Assembly (NCBI GenBank): GCA_965203315.1
Contig: CBDBCE010000004.1
Span: 32,001 to 96,000, forward strand
From: Nitrosopumilus sp.
GTDB taxonomy: Archaea > Thermoproteota > Nitrososphaeria > Nitrososphaerales > Nitrosopumilaceae
Length of the DNA stretch: 64,000 nucleotides
Direction: 5' to 3'
The position numbers were made by a program, and so were the translations under genes. Below, piece by piece: positions 21,301 through 31,408 of the stretch (its first letter is position 1; each line of letters begins with the position of its first letter). The notes beneath the pieces are model-generated. The model was given only the letters and a program-made list of their open reading frames with translations. It had not been told where the DNA came from and did not search any database.

Positions 21301-23210
21301 AGTGTCTAATAGGTAATGCAGGCGGTACTAGATCAGTTGCAACCGATGAGATCAGTAGATTGATGCAAGATCGAGATACAAAGAGAGATCTCTATAATGC
21401 AGACAAGACAAACACCGACAAACAGACAGCATATCTCTTGGCACAACTAAAGTATGATAATGCTAGAAGTACCGGCGGTGCATGTCCAGAGCCAGAACCG
21501 TTTGGTGCTCTAACAGAGACATCTCCTGAATCAGGAGTGTTCGAAGTAAGCTTTGATTTGTCTCACAGTATAGGACCAAGCAGTACTGACTGTCCAAATG
21601 ATGGTAACTGTATCCTACAAGGTGACATACTCACCGTACAGTACAACGACACAACAGATGCTTCTGGTAACCAACGCACAGTCACAGACTCTGCTACCTT
21701 TGATCTACGAAACGGCGCTCTACAGACAGACAAGTCTGTATATGTTATAGGCTCGGACATGATCGTAACACTCATCGATCCAGACCTTGATCTAGACAGC
21801 GGTACACGCGAAACATACACACTTGATCTGATCAAGTGGGACTCGGACGCAGGTACCAAGAATCTGAGTGAAGGTATATTCGATGCAGAACCAGGCTCTC
21901 TACGAGAGACTGGTCCTAGCACAGGCATATTCCAAGTGGTCATATCTGTTCCCAAGGCCATAGACAACGACAGACTAGAACGTGGTGAAGAGATCAAGCT
22001 AGAATACACCGACTATGGACCATCAGGTGCAGACTATGTAGGTGATAATACAGAAGATATCGACAGAACAGTATTCACATCAAACTTTGGTGCTACAATA
22101 GAACTAGATCAGAGCGTATACAGTTGGACCGACAAGGTATTCATCACTGTAACAGCTCCTGATCACAACCTAAACACAAACCAAGTAGACGAGATTGGTG
22201 CGGATCCATATCCAGTGCGTGTTGCTACAAGATCCGACGACATTAAAAACTACAAACTCGTAGAGACAGGTACAAACACTGGTATCTTTACAGGTGAAGT
22301 AATACTGACAGGATTCTCGTACGACGCAGACGGTGATGATTCCACAGGAGAAAACGGTAAAGACGTCACAGGTCGTACATGTGATAGATGTAACGGACCA
22401 ACCGATGGACTATTACCAACAGATAACGACGACGGACTCGAGGTATCATTCGAGTTCTCTGACGATGAGACTGTTCGCAAGTCTGCTCTAATCCGTTGGA
22501 ACATTGGTGAGGTTCAGTGGCTAGAGGCAAGTTATCCTGCTACCGCTACAGGCGTACTACGTGTAATCGATCCAGACATGAACTTGAATCCAGAATCTGC
22601 AGACAACTTTGAGGTCAAAGTATGGTCTTCTAGTGCACCTAGTGGAATAACACTTACAGTAACAGAGACTCAGCCAGCAAGTGGTATCTTTGAAGGTACT
22701 GTATTCTTTGGACTCTCTGTCCAATCAGGTGGTCACAAACTATCCACAGAAGAAGGAGACACAGTCACTGCAAAGTACAGTGACAACACTCTACCTGCTC
22801 CGTACAATACAGGCGACTCTGAAGACATCACTGCAACCACTATAATAGGAACAATAGTACCTCCTCTAGAACGAGTAAAGATCGAGTCATTGAGAATAGT
22901 AGACTCTACAGGTACAACACTCAGTACAGTATCAATAGATCAACAAGTCCAGATCACTGCAGATTTGACAAACACGCAAGACAAAGACCAGCCATTTGCA
23001 TACTTGGTACAAATTCAAGATAGCGATGGTGTTACAGTATCTCTGTCTTGGATTGATGGTTCACTAACACCATCTCAGTCGTTTAGTCCATCTCAGTCTT
23101 GGATACCAACAGCATCCGGTGAATACACAATTACCGTATTTGCATGGGAGTCGTTGACTATACCAACTGCACTATCTCCACAACAGACAACAACAATAAC
23201 TGTAAACTAG
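18345..23210 (+). CDS. Thaumarchaeal S-layer protein, paralogue 2 (1621 aa)
   Basis: Identical signal peptide and near-identical C-terminal half to 4372-9276. Confidence 0.88.
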   Translation: MNNEIGRKTTSLILMTIMVAGGLTFAIPSMEPVYAQSTPNLYVSAADPNGYGARFDNTFGGLQVVEVIVNDPLLTDSNDAMPRVTINDDIKLNMTQAGDGSWYGYFADKGRDGNGDDDDTDITGYFLNTATVQLALDGELNYDGLYGSSEDSARFTGVGGFTDDNLVNNSPSKRGSTAKILSDDGNQIKYLDLDDGDDVKIVYQKAGNPQTVTLTYDKSKNNGIELDRNSYARDANVYITLTDHVLNVDPTSKDFWQFFLDENSPSAPAHQLFPDDRVVLATSNLNAAVNGFTHAQLGCDDNDCVLSIPNDSILRLDDDDDATNNPNNITFEETGPNTGVFEIRDDDGDTSIMVDDNAPRGQNSVITYSGNNVAVNVRLTTATVDLDVSDGTWNSGEKIDLTIVDADQNKDSDAEDDQMIKNPNARIPTMIIGDPYTLADERTPHRGNTYPTFFLDRPTAYIVETFTTITGGKSPIETSLTIDNDHRLGQIPANNTVPDLTTPSNGITANMWLSLGSLSDHQAAMSLQDDFVGVNLLNYDLSSVGANKYWLAIYPNYAVPTGTNLPYYAERYYAELEADGRGVFDLSTDMTHFAANNNTKVTATNANLPVRFEMAILAEFTSTFDVSKTYPIAVDIFSIGFTGDGAQASERINNQIIRIEVEETGDNTSTFTGTLEYIMINQLNVNNADTYKDITPIGNEVKFIAFEDMTGSDARVNYADINSNGNNATVSDQQDIATSSGVVSLNAETYSVGSNVVITLEDSDLNTDPDRADTYTVVTRNMTGGTTNIGKDMDQVGIDVMSKYETLLPGKKSLGMLLEVTFDGKRWQSGCTLSDGVQNGLGETGFTLQETGSSTGVFTGSFSVPKEVCMGSDKLSVSGKDIGVTYLDFRDASGQIVTAGDSASIGASTGSVSLDRTVYPVPYGQGTAGSSRALDMAGANLAGGTVKVYVQVNDPDYNLNPTGEDKIEDEDGNGPVKVTISRSGDECLIGNAGGTRSVATDEISRLMQDRDTKRDLYNADKTNTDKQTAYLLAQLKYDNARSTGGACPEPEPFGALTETSPESGVFEVSFDLSHSIGPSSTDCPNDGNCILQGDILTVQYNDTTDASGNQRTVTDSATFDLRNGALQTDKSVYVIGSDMIVTLIDPDLDLDSGTRETYTLDLIKWDSDAGTKNLSEGIFDAEPGSLRETGPSTGIFQVVISVPKAIDNDRLERGEEIKLEYTDYGPSGADYVGDNTEDIDRTVFTSNFGATIELDQSVYSWTDKVFITVTAPDHNLNTNQVDEIGADPYPVRVATRSDDIKNYKLVETGTNTGIFTGEVILTGFSYDADGDDSTGENGKDVTGRTCDRCNGPTDGLLPTDNDDGLEVSFEFSDDETVRKSALIRWNIGEVQWLEASYPATATGVLRVIDPDMNLNPESADNFEVKVWSSSAPSGITLTVTETQPASGIFEGTVFFGLSVQSGGHKLSTEEGDTVTAKYSDNTLPAPYNTGDSEDITATTIIGTIVPPLERVKIESLRIVDSTGTTLSTVSIDQQVQITADLTNTQDKDQPFAYLVQIQDSDGVTVSLSWIDGSLTPSQSFSPSQSWIPTASGEYTITVFAWESLTIPTALSPQQTTTITVN

Positions 23211-23488
23211 TTCAAACTTTTCTTTTTCTTTTTTTATATGATACAACTATGCATAGTGATATCTACATACAGTGTCAATGACAATATACGATGATCTCTA
23301 CTCCTTCATCCTCGACTCTTGCATTATACAATATTACTCATTCACAAGATACTTGATACAAGAGATGTGAAGTAGGTACGTAGACTAATAGACTGTAAAA
23401 GGTCATGTCAGATAACTTTACAAGCACTTGTACAACCTGTACAATTATACATGTTATTGATATTACCATCAATAGTTTGCAAATTGGA
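23211..23488 (+). repeat. Oligo-T terminator plus diverged duplicate of 9277-9575
   Basis: Block-wise similarity to the tail of S-layer gene 1. Confidence 0.75.
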
Positions 23489-23609
23489 GGCGATTGCTTA
23501 TTTCGAAGGTCTTTGTAATATTGGAAGAGAGAGGAGAAACACCATGGTAAAACTAGAGAAAATATGCATTTCCATGAACATCAAAAATTTCAAGATTCAA
23601 TACACGTTC

Positions 23610-23722
23610 TGATCTTTTTGATTTATGTAGGATGGGATGTTAACAGAAAAATTACTATCCGGCTTGCATTTTTAGGAAAAAAGTCTTCTGAAACACATTG
23701 CCCACACAAGTCAAAAAGATCC
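23610..23722. mobile_element. ~113-bp MITE copy
   Basis: Ends TGATCTTTTTGATTTATGTAGGATG / CCCACACAAGTCAAAAAGATCC; flanks ACACGTTC and AAACGTTT (6/8 match). Confidence 0.7.
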
Positions 23723-23938
23723 AAACGTTTTACAACGTTACACTCTTTTTGAGAATTATGTGATGTCTTGCCAACCACCACAATATTGCAGAGACATCTA
23801 ATATTCTCCTAGTTGTCTATATCTACATTGATTAATTATGTCTAGAAAAGTCTAGTGTTGATCGATAAAGATCAGACGTGAGCTAGCAAGTTTGCCTCTT
23901 TAGTTAGATTAATAGATAACATCACTTGAGTGATAATC

Positions 23939-24056
23939 AAGCCGGCCATAGCGTTGGGGTGCGACCCAATCCCTTTCCGAACTTGGAAGTCAAACCCAGC
24001 GTCGCTGTTGTGTTACTAAGATGCGAGAGCTCTTGGGAAGCAACAGTGCTGGCATC
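23939..24056 (+). rRNA. rrf: 5S rRNA (unlinked from 16S/23S)
   Basis: GGCCATAGCG...CCCTTTCCGAACTTGGAAGTCAAACC...GCGAGAGC...GGGAA...GCTGGC archaeal 5S pattern; ends approximate. Confidence 0.92.
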
Positions 24057-24237
24057 TCTTATCTTGTCTAGATATCATCATCGTTTTTAATGTCGTGTAC
24101 ATGATTGAATGTATGTCAGTATGTTCGGTATGTGGAACCAAATGTGATAATGATATACGACTATTGAATCACATGATGGAGAAGCATGGATGGCGCAACC
24201 CAAATGTTGGTACGCCAGACAGAAACAGTCGTGGTTA

Positions 24238-25686
24238 CTAGTTTTGTAGATAGTCTATTACAAGCCTTACTCCAAAACCGGTTGCACCTTTGGGATTGTA
24301 CGACTTTTCTTTGGTCGATGTCTGAGTCCAAGCGACTCCTGCAATATCTAGATGAACCCATGGAGTATCTTTTATTGCATTTCGTAAAAACGCAGCGGCT
24401 GCAATCGTCCCAGCAGATCGTCCAATGCCCATATTCTTCATATCTGCTACCTCCGATTTTATCATGTCCATATAGTCTTGATTTAGTGGCAGTCTCCAAA
24501 TCTCTTCAGCGGTATGCTGTGACGATTCGATCATCTTTGTAGATAATATGTCGTTATTTGAGATCATTCCTGCAACGTTTGTTCCAAGAGCAACTATACA
24601 TGCACCGGTAAGTGTAGCAAAGTCAATCATGGCCTCTGGTTTATAGTGCTGTTCACCATACGTCAAGGCATCAGCTAAAATCAGTCTTCCCTCGGCATCT
24701 GTATTTATTATCTCTGCGGTCTTGCCACTGTACAACTTTATGATGTCGCCTGGTCTATACGATTTGCCACTGGGCATATTCTCAACCGAAGGGATGATGC
24801 CTATCACATTAGCTCGTAGCTTCATGGATGATACTGCCTTCATTATGCCGAGAACTGTACATCCGCCACATTTGTCAAACTTCATCTCATCCATCTTTTC
24901 GCCGGGCTTGAGCGAGATGCCTCCTGTATCAAAGGTTACTGCCTTGCCGACCAGCACTGTGGGTCGTTTTGACGATGTAGCTCCAATATACTCTAGTATA
25001 ATCAACTTGGGCTCATTCTCACTACCTTGACCTACTGCTATTATTCCACCAAATCCTTGTCTCTGCAGATCTTGTTTTGACAGTATGTGGCAGCGCATCT
25101 TGCCTGACTTTGCTATCTCTTTTGCATACTCGCCGAGTGTTGCTGGACTACATTGATTCGGTGGCATGTTTGCGATACTCTTTGCAAGTATGACTCCTTC
25201 TGATACTGCATGGGCCTTACGTATCACACTTAACGCGCCTGCTACTTTAGTAACTATTGCTAGTTTGGGAAATATCTTTTCTTTCTTGTCTTTAAATTTA
25301 TCAAATTTGTATAATGCCATGCTTGTTCCTTCTACAACCTGTTCGATTGCAGATATTGGATCGTATATAGAACTAGACGGAATCATTATGGAATACTCGT
25401 CTAGTTTTAACTCGCGAGCCTTTTGTGCTACCAATCCAGATACATGTCTAATGGTATCATTTGTGATGTTATCTCGCTCGCCTAATCCTGCAAACAAGAG
25501 TCGTTTAGCAGGACCAACTCCGGGAACTATGGCCAATTTGCCTAGGCAACCATCCATATCTTTTAAAGTCTGCTCTATGGGCTCTTCAAACTCTTCCATG
25601 CCCATAACCTTCTTTGATCCTTTAACCACAAACGCACACAAGAGTTGGGTCTTCTTTGGAGCATGCTCTAATCTGGGCTTTATCAT
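24238..25686 (-). CDS. pepA: Leucyl aminopeptidase (M17)
   Basis: GKAVTFDTGGISLKP, MKFDKCG, NTDAEGRLILAD, ATLTGA and WVHLDIAG motifs. Confidence 0.96.
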   Translation of the reverse strand: MIKPRLEHAPKKTQLLCAFVVKGSKKVMGMEEFEEPIEQTLKDMDGCLGKLAIVPGVGPAKRLLFAGLGERDNITNDTIRHVSGLVAQKARELKLDEYSIMIPSSSIYDPISAIEQVVEGTSMALYKFDKFKDKKEKIFPKLAIVTKVAGALSVIRKAHAVSEGVILAKSIANMPPNQCSPATLGEYAKEIAKSGKMRCHILSKQDLQRQGFGGIIAVGQGSENEPKLIILEYIGATSSKRPTVLVGKAVTFDTGGISLKPGEKMDEMKFDKCGGCTVLGIMKAVSSMKLRANVIGIIPSVENMPSGKSYRPGDIIKLYSGKTAEIINTDAEGRLILADALTYGEQHYKPEAMIDFATLTGACIVALGTNVAGMISNNDILSTKMIESSQHTAEEIWRLPLNQDYMDMIKSEVADMKNMGIGRSAGTIAAAAFLRNAIKDTPWVHLDIAGVAWTQTSTKEKSYNPKGATGFGVRLVIDYLQN

Positions 25687-26573
25687 ATGTTGTGACTAGT
25701 TGTTCAGTGTTATTTAGATATTGATCTTGCGACTATGTGTTATGAGACTAGCAGATCTAAGAAATACAGCACTTGTAGTCTTGCAGCCTTGCGGTTCATG
25801 ACTTTCAAACTGCGTAGACCCTCTTGGCTGTACACTGCACAAAAACCGTATCAATGGAATCAGAGCTGCTCTACCACCAAAGGCATCTCTCTCTTTGATA
25901 AACCAAAACATCTCTACTGCTGATTCGCCTAATTTTTTACGCATCTCGACCCCATCTTTGGTATAATGTCCTATGCACTCTAGCCTACCTCGTGATATGT
26001 GATGTACTATTTTGGCAAATTTTGTACACAGATAACATCTATTATCAAATATCATGGTTGCCAACAATATATGATACGTAGCTACAAAGTTTAAGCCTTT
26101 GTAAGCGGTTACTTGCACTGTTACAATCGTATCATCGAGTATGATGAAATGTAACCTTTGTAGATGTTGTTAGAAAATTGTAGACCTAGAGAAACACAGC
26201 TGAAGATTCAATGAAATGATGACCGCCACGCATCGGTTATTTGCTCTCACAATACTCTCACCCTTGTGATGTAATCCACATTGTTGTGGCAAAACAATCT
26301 TTGATCAGACGGTGTATTGATTCGGTAATGAATACTAGACGTCTAGTATGTTGACGAGTCTTTATAATTCGAGAATCCGGTGGCAAATATAACAAGTGGT
26401 TTATGGTGATGTATTTTCACTCGTTTGTCATTACGTCTAGTGCAAGTTTTACCATATTCGTTCTAAAATGACTAAACGTAAAGATTTCGTCACACACATT
26501 TGATTATTGAAAGTCTAGGTTTGATTCAAAACTTTAGTATATGAAACCTGAATACTATGGATATAGCACAAGT

Positions 26574-27176
26574 TCATCTACTAAAAAGATCTCCGAGTGT
26601 CCCAGACTTGATTCTCTTTGTTCCGGTAATACTACGTTGTCGAGGATTTTCTAGAATGAACTCTCTTATCTGCCGTTCTATCTTTTTTGTGTTTCGTGCA
26701 GCAGGTATTGTTTCTGATTTACGATATATTGCTCTGATATTTCTAGCTAGTCTGTCTGCTGTTTTTTGATGTAAATGTATACCACAGTCTTCGATGCAAA
26801 AATACAAGTACATGTCAGATTTGACGCCTTTGAGATTATGTCTCTTTAACCAATTAAAGTAATGTTGGGTGAGCACCGGTATCATATCCGTCTCTGGATC
26901 TAGACGCATCTTTAATGCAATATCTGTTATCTTGTGTCTAAATTCAAAGTGAGTATCATACGCCAATCCTTCATGTTCGTTCCAAAACTCATCTGCGTCT
27001 AGTAGATCATCTTCATCTGAATTGATTCGACGCTTATCGACGAATTTATTTAGTCTTTTAGCGATCTTTATAGGATCTTGTTTGGACAATTTAACAAATG
27101 TGCATGCTTCATCCTCATCTTCACACGGATCCAAACTAGCTAGTTCTAAAATGATGTCTCTTATCAACTCTTCCAA
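26574..27176 (-). CDS. Hypothetical protein, probably cut at its 5' end by a MITE
   Basis: 200-aa ORF with no recognised motif; the TTG start abuts the MITE at 27181. Confidence 0.6.
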   Translation of the reverse strand: MEELIRDIILELASLDPCEDEDEACTFVKLSKQDPIKIAKRLNKFVDKRRINSDEDDLLDADEFWNEHEGLAYDTHFEFRHKITDIALKMRLDPETDMIPVLTQHYFNWLKRHNLKGVKSDMYLYFCIEDCGIHLHQKTADRLARNIRAIYRKSETIPAARNTKKIERQIREFILENPRQRSITGTKRIKSGTLGDLFSR

Positions 27177-27180
27177 ACTG

Positions 27181-27287
27181 GGTTCTCTTTAATTTATGCA
27201 GGATAGCATTTTTACAGAAAAAGTACCATGGACTGGGAGCACTTTTTAGAAAAATTTTAAACCATCCCGCGTAAATCGAAGAGATCC
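27181..27287. mobile_element. ~107-bp MITE copy
   Basis: GGTTCTCTTTAATTTATGCAGGAT / CATCCCGCGTAAATCGAAGAGATCC inverted ends; ACTG on both flanks. Confidence 0.78.
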
Positions 27288-27494
27288 ACTGAAATAGGAT
27301 CGTCTAGATCTCAATATCTACTAGATTAACCGACCCTCGTTTTACAATTAGTTAAAACATACAAGTCACGCATAAATTATTATGATGAATCATTGATCAT
27401 CTAGTCTTTATGTTGTTGTCTAGATCGAGAATTACAATTATTACGTCATTCATACAAGTAGATTTTTATTCAATTTATAGAGAAAACGATTCAG

Positions 27495-29159
27495 ATGGGG
27501 CTCGATTATTATACTATAAAGAGAAATATTCGACGAGCCCGTAAACTGGTGATTCGTGGTACTAGTTTGGCAGGCTCTGGTCATCCGGGTGGTTCATTCT
27601 CGATGGCAGAGATCCTGGGATCTCTATTCTTCAAACATCTCAAGTATGACTCTACAAATCCATTGTGGAATGATCGGGATCGACTGATACTGTCCAAAGG
27701 ACATGCATCACCAGGTCTCTTTGCAAATATGGCAGTAGCTGGATACTTTGCAGAGTCCGAGATTGACACTCTACGTACATTTGGTAGTAGATTACAGGGA
27801 CACCCAGATCTCAAATGTCCTGGAGTAGAGTTTTGTGGCGGTTCATTAGGTACAGGATTATCCTATTCGATCGGTGTTGCTCTTGCCGCAAAGATGGATG
27901 GTAAGAGATATCGTGTATATACAATAATTGGTGACGGTGAGTCTGATGAGGGACAGATATGGGAAGCTGCGATGACTGCAGCAAAGTACCACGTAGATAA
28001 TCTAACTGTATTTTTGGATCGGAACTTTATCCAACAAGACTCGTATACAGAAGAGATCATGCCACTAGATGTACTGGCCACAGACAATACATCTACCACA
28101 CACACAGACTTGAGATGGAAGACTAGTGAAAAGTGGCGTTCCTTTGGATGGAATGTCATCGAGATAGACGGTCATCGGATCGAACAGATCGATTCTGCTA
28201 TCACCAAATCTAAAACTCTTGTAGGCGCGCCAACGATCATAATCTCTCGAACCATAAAGGGCAAATCAGTTGAACATATGGAGAATAATCCTCAATGGCA
28301 TGGAAAAGCTCCATCTAAAGATCTTGTTCCTATAATAAATGAAGAGATCGACTCACAGTTTATGATTGCACCTTCGATAATTGCAGGAGATATGACCAAT
28401 CTCTCGAGAGAGATCAGTCGTTGCGAAGATGGTCAAGCAGATTATATTCATCTAGATGTCATGGATGGCAAGTTTGTACCAAACTATACGTTTGATCACA
28501 CAAAGATTCGTGAACTGCGACCACTAACTACAATTCCATTTGACACACATCTGATGATCAATGATCCGGTCTCTCATGTACGTGACTATATCGCTGCAGG
28601 AAGTGATATAATTACTGTTCATGCTGAAGTAACCGACGAGTTTAGCTTTGGTGAGATATGTGATGTGTTGTGTAGTGCAGGCGTTGGTATAGGTCTTGCA
28701 ATAAATCCTGATACTGTACTTCCCGAGTGGTCGTATCAATTTCTTCCAATTCTCGATCAACTCATTGTAATGTCGGTGGTACCTGGTAAATCTGGTCAAA
28801 AGTATATTGATGCAACTCATGCAAAGATGGCGCATTTGAATACGATATTATCTGATCAAAAGTTTACTGGATATATCGAAGCAGATGGGGGTGTCAATCT
28901 TGATAATGTGGGACAAGTATTTGCAGATGGCGCTCGAATATTTGTCGGTGGTGGCGCAATAGTTGGCCAAACAGATCTGAGTCTAGCTATTCAAGAATTT
29001 CGTCAAGAGTTGATTCGTTCTAGACGACGACTCTTACTTGATCGAGTCTACCAGCTAGGTGGTCAGTCTATGGTAAAACGTTGGATCAAACTACATACAG
29101 TTGGTGATACATCTCAGCGTCTAGATGACATTGCACAAGAGGTGGGATATATTGGGTGA
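27495..29159 (+). CDS. Transketolase N-terminal subunit fused to ribulose-phosphate 3-epimerase
   Basis: SGHPGGS, LSKGHA, LQGHP and GDGESDEG (TK-N), then APSI, HLDVMDGKFVPN, DTHLMI and EADGGV (Rpe). Confidence 0.93.
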   Translation: MGLDYYTIKRNIRRARKLVIRGTSLAGSGHPGGSFSMAEILGSLFFKHLKYDSTNPLWNDRDRLILSKGHASPGLFANMAVAGYFAESEIDTLRTFGSRLQGHPDLKCPGVEFCGGSLGTGLSYSIGVALAAKMDGKRYRVYTIIGDGESDEGQIWEAAMTAAKYHVDNLTVFLDRNFIQQDSYTEEIMPLDVLATDNTSTTHTDLRWKTSEKWRSFGWNVIEIDGHRIEQIDSAITKSKTLVGAPTIIISRTIKGKSVEHMENNPQWHGKAPSKDLVPIINEEIDSQFMIAPSIIAGDMTNLSREISRCEDGQADYIHLDVMDGKFVPNYTFDHTKIRELRPLTTIPFDTHLMINDPVSHVRDYIAAGSDIITVHAEVTDEFSFGEICDVLCSAGVGIGLAINPDTVLPEWSYQFLPILDQLIVMSVVPGKSGQKYIDATHAKMAHLNTILSDQKFTGYIEADGGVNLDNVGQVFADGARIFVGGGAIVGQTDLSLAIQEFRQELIRSRRRLLLDRVYQLGGQSMVKRWIKLHTVGDTSQRLDDIAQEVGYIG

Positions 29160-29160
29160 G

Positions 29161-30117
29161 ATGACAGATATGCGATCAGAGTATGCTAGATCGCTTGTGT
29201 CGATTGGAGAACAGAATTCCAGCATTGTAGTTCTTGGTGCCGACACAACAGATTCGCTTAAAACCTCAGAGTTTGGTAAGCGATTTCCTGATAGATTCTT
29301 TAATGTTGGAATTGCAGAGGCAAATCTTGTAAGTATCTCAGCTGGACTCGCAGCTTCGGGCAAGACTCCCTTTGCTAGTACATATGCAATCTTTCTTCCA
29401 GGCCGTGCCGTAGATCAGATACGTAACAACGTAGCTTATCCATGTCCAAATGGAAGAAAGGGACTGAACGTAAAACTTGTGGTATCTCATGGGGGACTCT
29501 CTGTTGGTCCTGATGGTGGTTCACATCAGCAAATAGAAGATATTGCAATAATGCGTGCTATTCCTCATATGCAAGTGATGATCCCTTCTGATACGATATC
29601 TGTTGCAGCACTAACACGCATGATGGCAGAGCAATATGGACCATTCTACATGCGAATGGCTCGTCCTAAAACTAGTCTAGTACATGATACATCACAACAA
29701 TTCGAATCAGGCAAAGGTATTGTACTGCGTGATGGTACAGACTGTACTATTGTATCCTGCGGAATCACAGTTCCACTAGCACTAGAGGCTGCAGAGATTT
29801 TATCCAGAGATCAAATATCATGCCGTGTCATCGATATGTTTTGCATCAAGCCTATCGATAACAGATTGCTCGAACGTGCAGCACGTGAGACAGGATATGT
29901 TGTAACTAGTGAAGAGCACAACATCTTTGGTGGACTTGGGTCTGCAGTAGCCGAGTCAATATCTGAGACATATCCAGTTCCAGTATATCGCATTGGAGTC
30001 CAAGATACATTTGGCGAGTCTGCACGTGATGATGAGATATCTCTCTTACTTGGTAAACATGGAATAACATCACTTAATATTGTCAATCAAGTCAAGCGTA
30101 TACGGGAGAAGATATGA
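29161..30117 (+). CDS. Transketolase C-terminal subunit
   Basis: RFFNVGIAEAN, DGGSHQ and EEHNIFGGLGSAVAE motifs. Confidence 0.93.
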   Translation: MTDMRSEYARSLVSIGEQNSSIVVLGADTTDSLKTSEFGKRFPDRFFNVGIAEANLVSISAGLAASGKTPFASTYAIFLPGRAVDQIRNNVAYPCPNGRKGLNVKLVVSHGGLSVGPDGGSHQQIEDIAIMRAIPHMQVMIPSDTISVAALTRMMAEQYGPFYMRMARPKTSLVHDTSQQFESGKGIVLRDGTDCTIVSCGITVPLALEAAEILSRDQISCRVIDMFCIKPIDNRLLERAARETGYVVTSEEHNIFGGLGSAVAESISETYPVPVYRIGVQDTFGESARDDEISLLLGKHGITSLNIVNQVKRIREKI

Positions 30118-30776
30118 AGATATTTTTAGATACGGCAAATCTTGAATCGATTAAAAAATTCAATGATATGGGTCTAGTCGATGGAATAACAACAAACCCT
30201 ACATTACTATCAAAGGAAGGCGGTGATCCAAAAGATGTCATGTCTGAGATTACATCTCTAGTCCGCGGTGATGTAAGTTTAGAGGTTGTCAGCACCGAAT
30301 ATGATAAAATGTTACAAGAAGGTCGAAGACTATTCAATTACGGTAACAACGTAGTCATCAAAGTTCCAATGACTGTAGATGGACTTTGTGCATGCAAGAC
30401 TCTCTCGTCAGAAGGAATTCCTGTAAACGTCACATTGATATTCTCGCCCAACCAAGCAATACTCGCTGCAAAGTCTGGAGCAAAGTATGTCAGTCCATTC
30501 ATTGGTAGACTCGATGATATCGGACATGATGGAATGAATCTGATATCCGAGATATTAGAGATCTTTGCTGGATATGAATATGACACCCAAGTCTTGGTTG
30601 CAAGTATTCGTCATCCACTACATGTTGTTGATGCCGCTAAACTCGGTGCTGATGTAGTCACACTTCCACCTGCAGTACTTGAAAAGATGATACATCACCC
30701 ATTAACTGATATTGGTCTAGCAAACTTTCTTGCAGATTGGAAGAAAAAATCCGACACGTCCAATACTCAGATCTAG
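30114..30776 (+). CDS. tal: Transaldolase (FSA/TalC type)
   Basis: FLDTAN, GITTNP, VIKVP, NVTLIFS, YVSPFIGR and AASIRHP-like motifs. Confidence 0.93.
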   Translation: MKIFLDTANLESIKKFNDMGLVDGITTNPTLLSKEGGDPKDVMSEITSLVRGDVSLEVVSTEYDKMLQEGRRLFNYGNNVVIKVPMTVDGLCACKTLSSEGIPVNVTLIFSPNQAILAAKSGAKYVSPFIGRLDDIGHDGMNLISEILEIFAGYEYDTQVLVASIRHPLHVVDAAKLGADVVTLPPAVLEKMIHHPLTDIGLANFLADWKKKSDTSNTQI

Positions 30777-30804
30777 ATTTATATAAAAAAAGAATGAGTT
30801 GTTG

Positions 30805-31059
30805 TTACTTTGTCTTTCTAGAACCTGTTCCTCGACTAGAACTTATTCTTCCTTTATACTCTGGTCTAGTTTTTGGCTCTGGTGTGTCACTCAACTTTCT
30901 AGAACCTGTTCCTCGACTAGACGTTACAGTTCTCTTACCTGCTACTTTTTTGCGCGCCTCTTGGATTTTTTTAAATTCTTCACCTGACCACTTTGTAGCA
31001 TCGTCATCAACTTCGATAGTTCCTGTGCCTCTTCCAGTTCTGATCTTTATCTTACCCAT
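30805..31059 (-). CDS. Small basic protein with repeated SSRGTGSRK motif
   Basis: 84-aa K/R-rich ORF; exact 27-bp repeat at 30814-30840 and 30895-30921. Confidence 0.7.
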   Translation of the reverse strand: MGKIKIRTGRGTGTIEVDDDATKWSGEEFKKIQEARKKVAGKRTVTSSRGTGSRKLSDTPEPKTRPEYKGRISSSRGTGSRKTK

Positions 31060-31408
31060 TGGATATATTGTAGAATGTCTTGTATTTATCTAAGCTTGTT
31101 TGGCTATTTTTTATGATATTGTCGAGAGATATTATCGATGATCAAACAATAGATGTATCTTGTAATCTACTAAAACCAAACAATGTCTTCTAACGCATAT
31201 CTATTTTACATGTACATAAGTTTTGCAACGTATCATATTATCGTGAATGATGAGAGATGTTTACATGATCACGCTTTAGTAAACCGATACCTCGTGAAGA
31301 GATCTGTTGAATGTATCTAAATCTCACTAGTTGTCAATACTAGTTGAATGATCACAAAACTGGTTTTGCAATATATGGATTAAATTAACAACCGTCTCTA
31401 CCTATCTT

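Noticed and set aside
4372-23210. Diversity-generating retroelement or invertible S-layer switch
   Set aside because: No reverse transcriptase or site-specific recombinase in the window; the copies are direct, not inverted, and the differences are not adenine-specific.
25714-26118. 134-aa minus-strand ORF
   Set aside because: No recognisable motif, weak start and atypical composition; may be decayed sequence.
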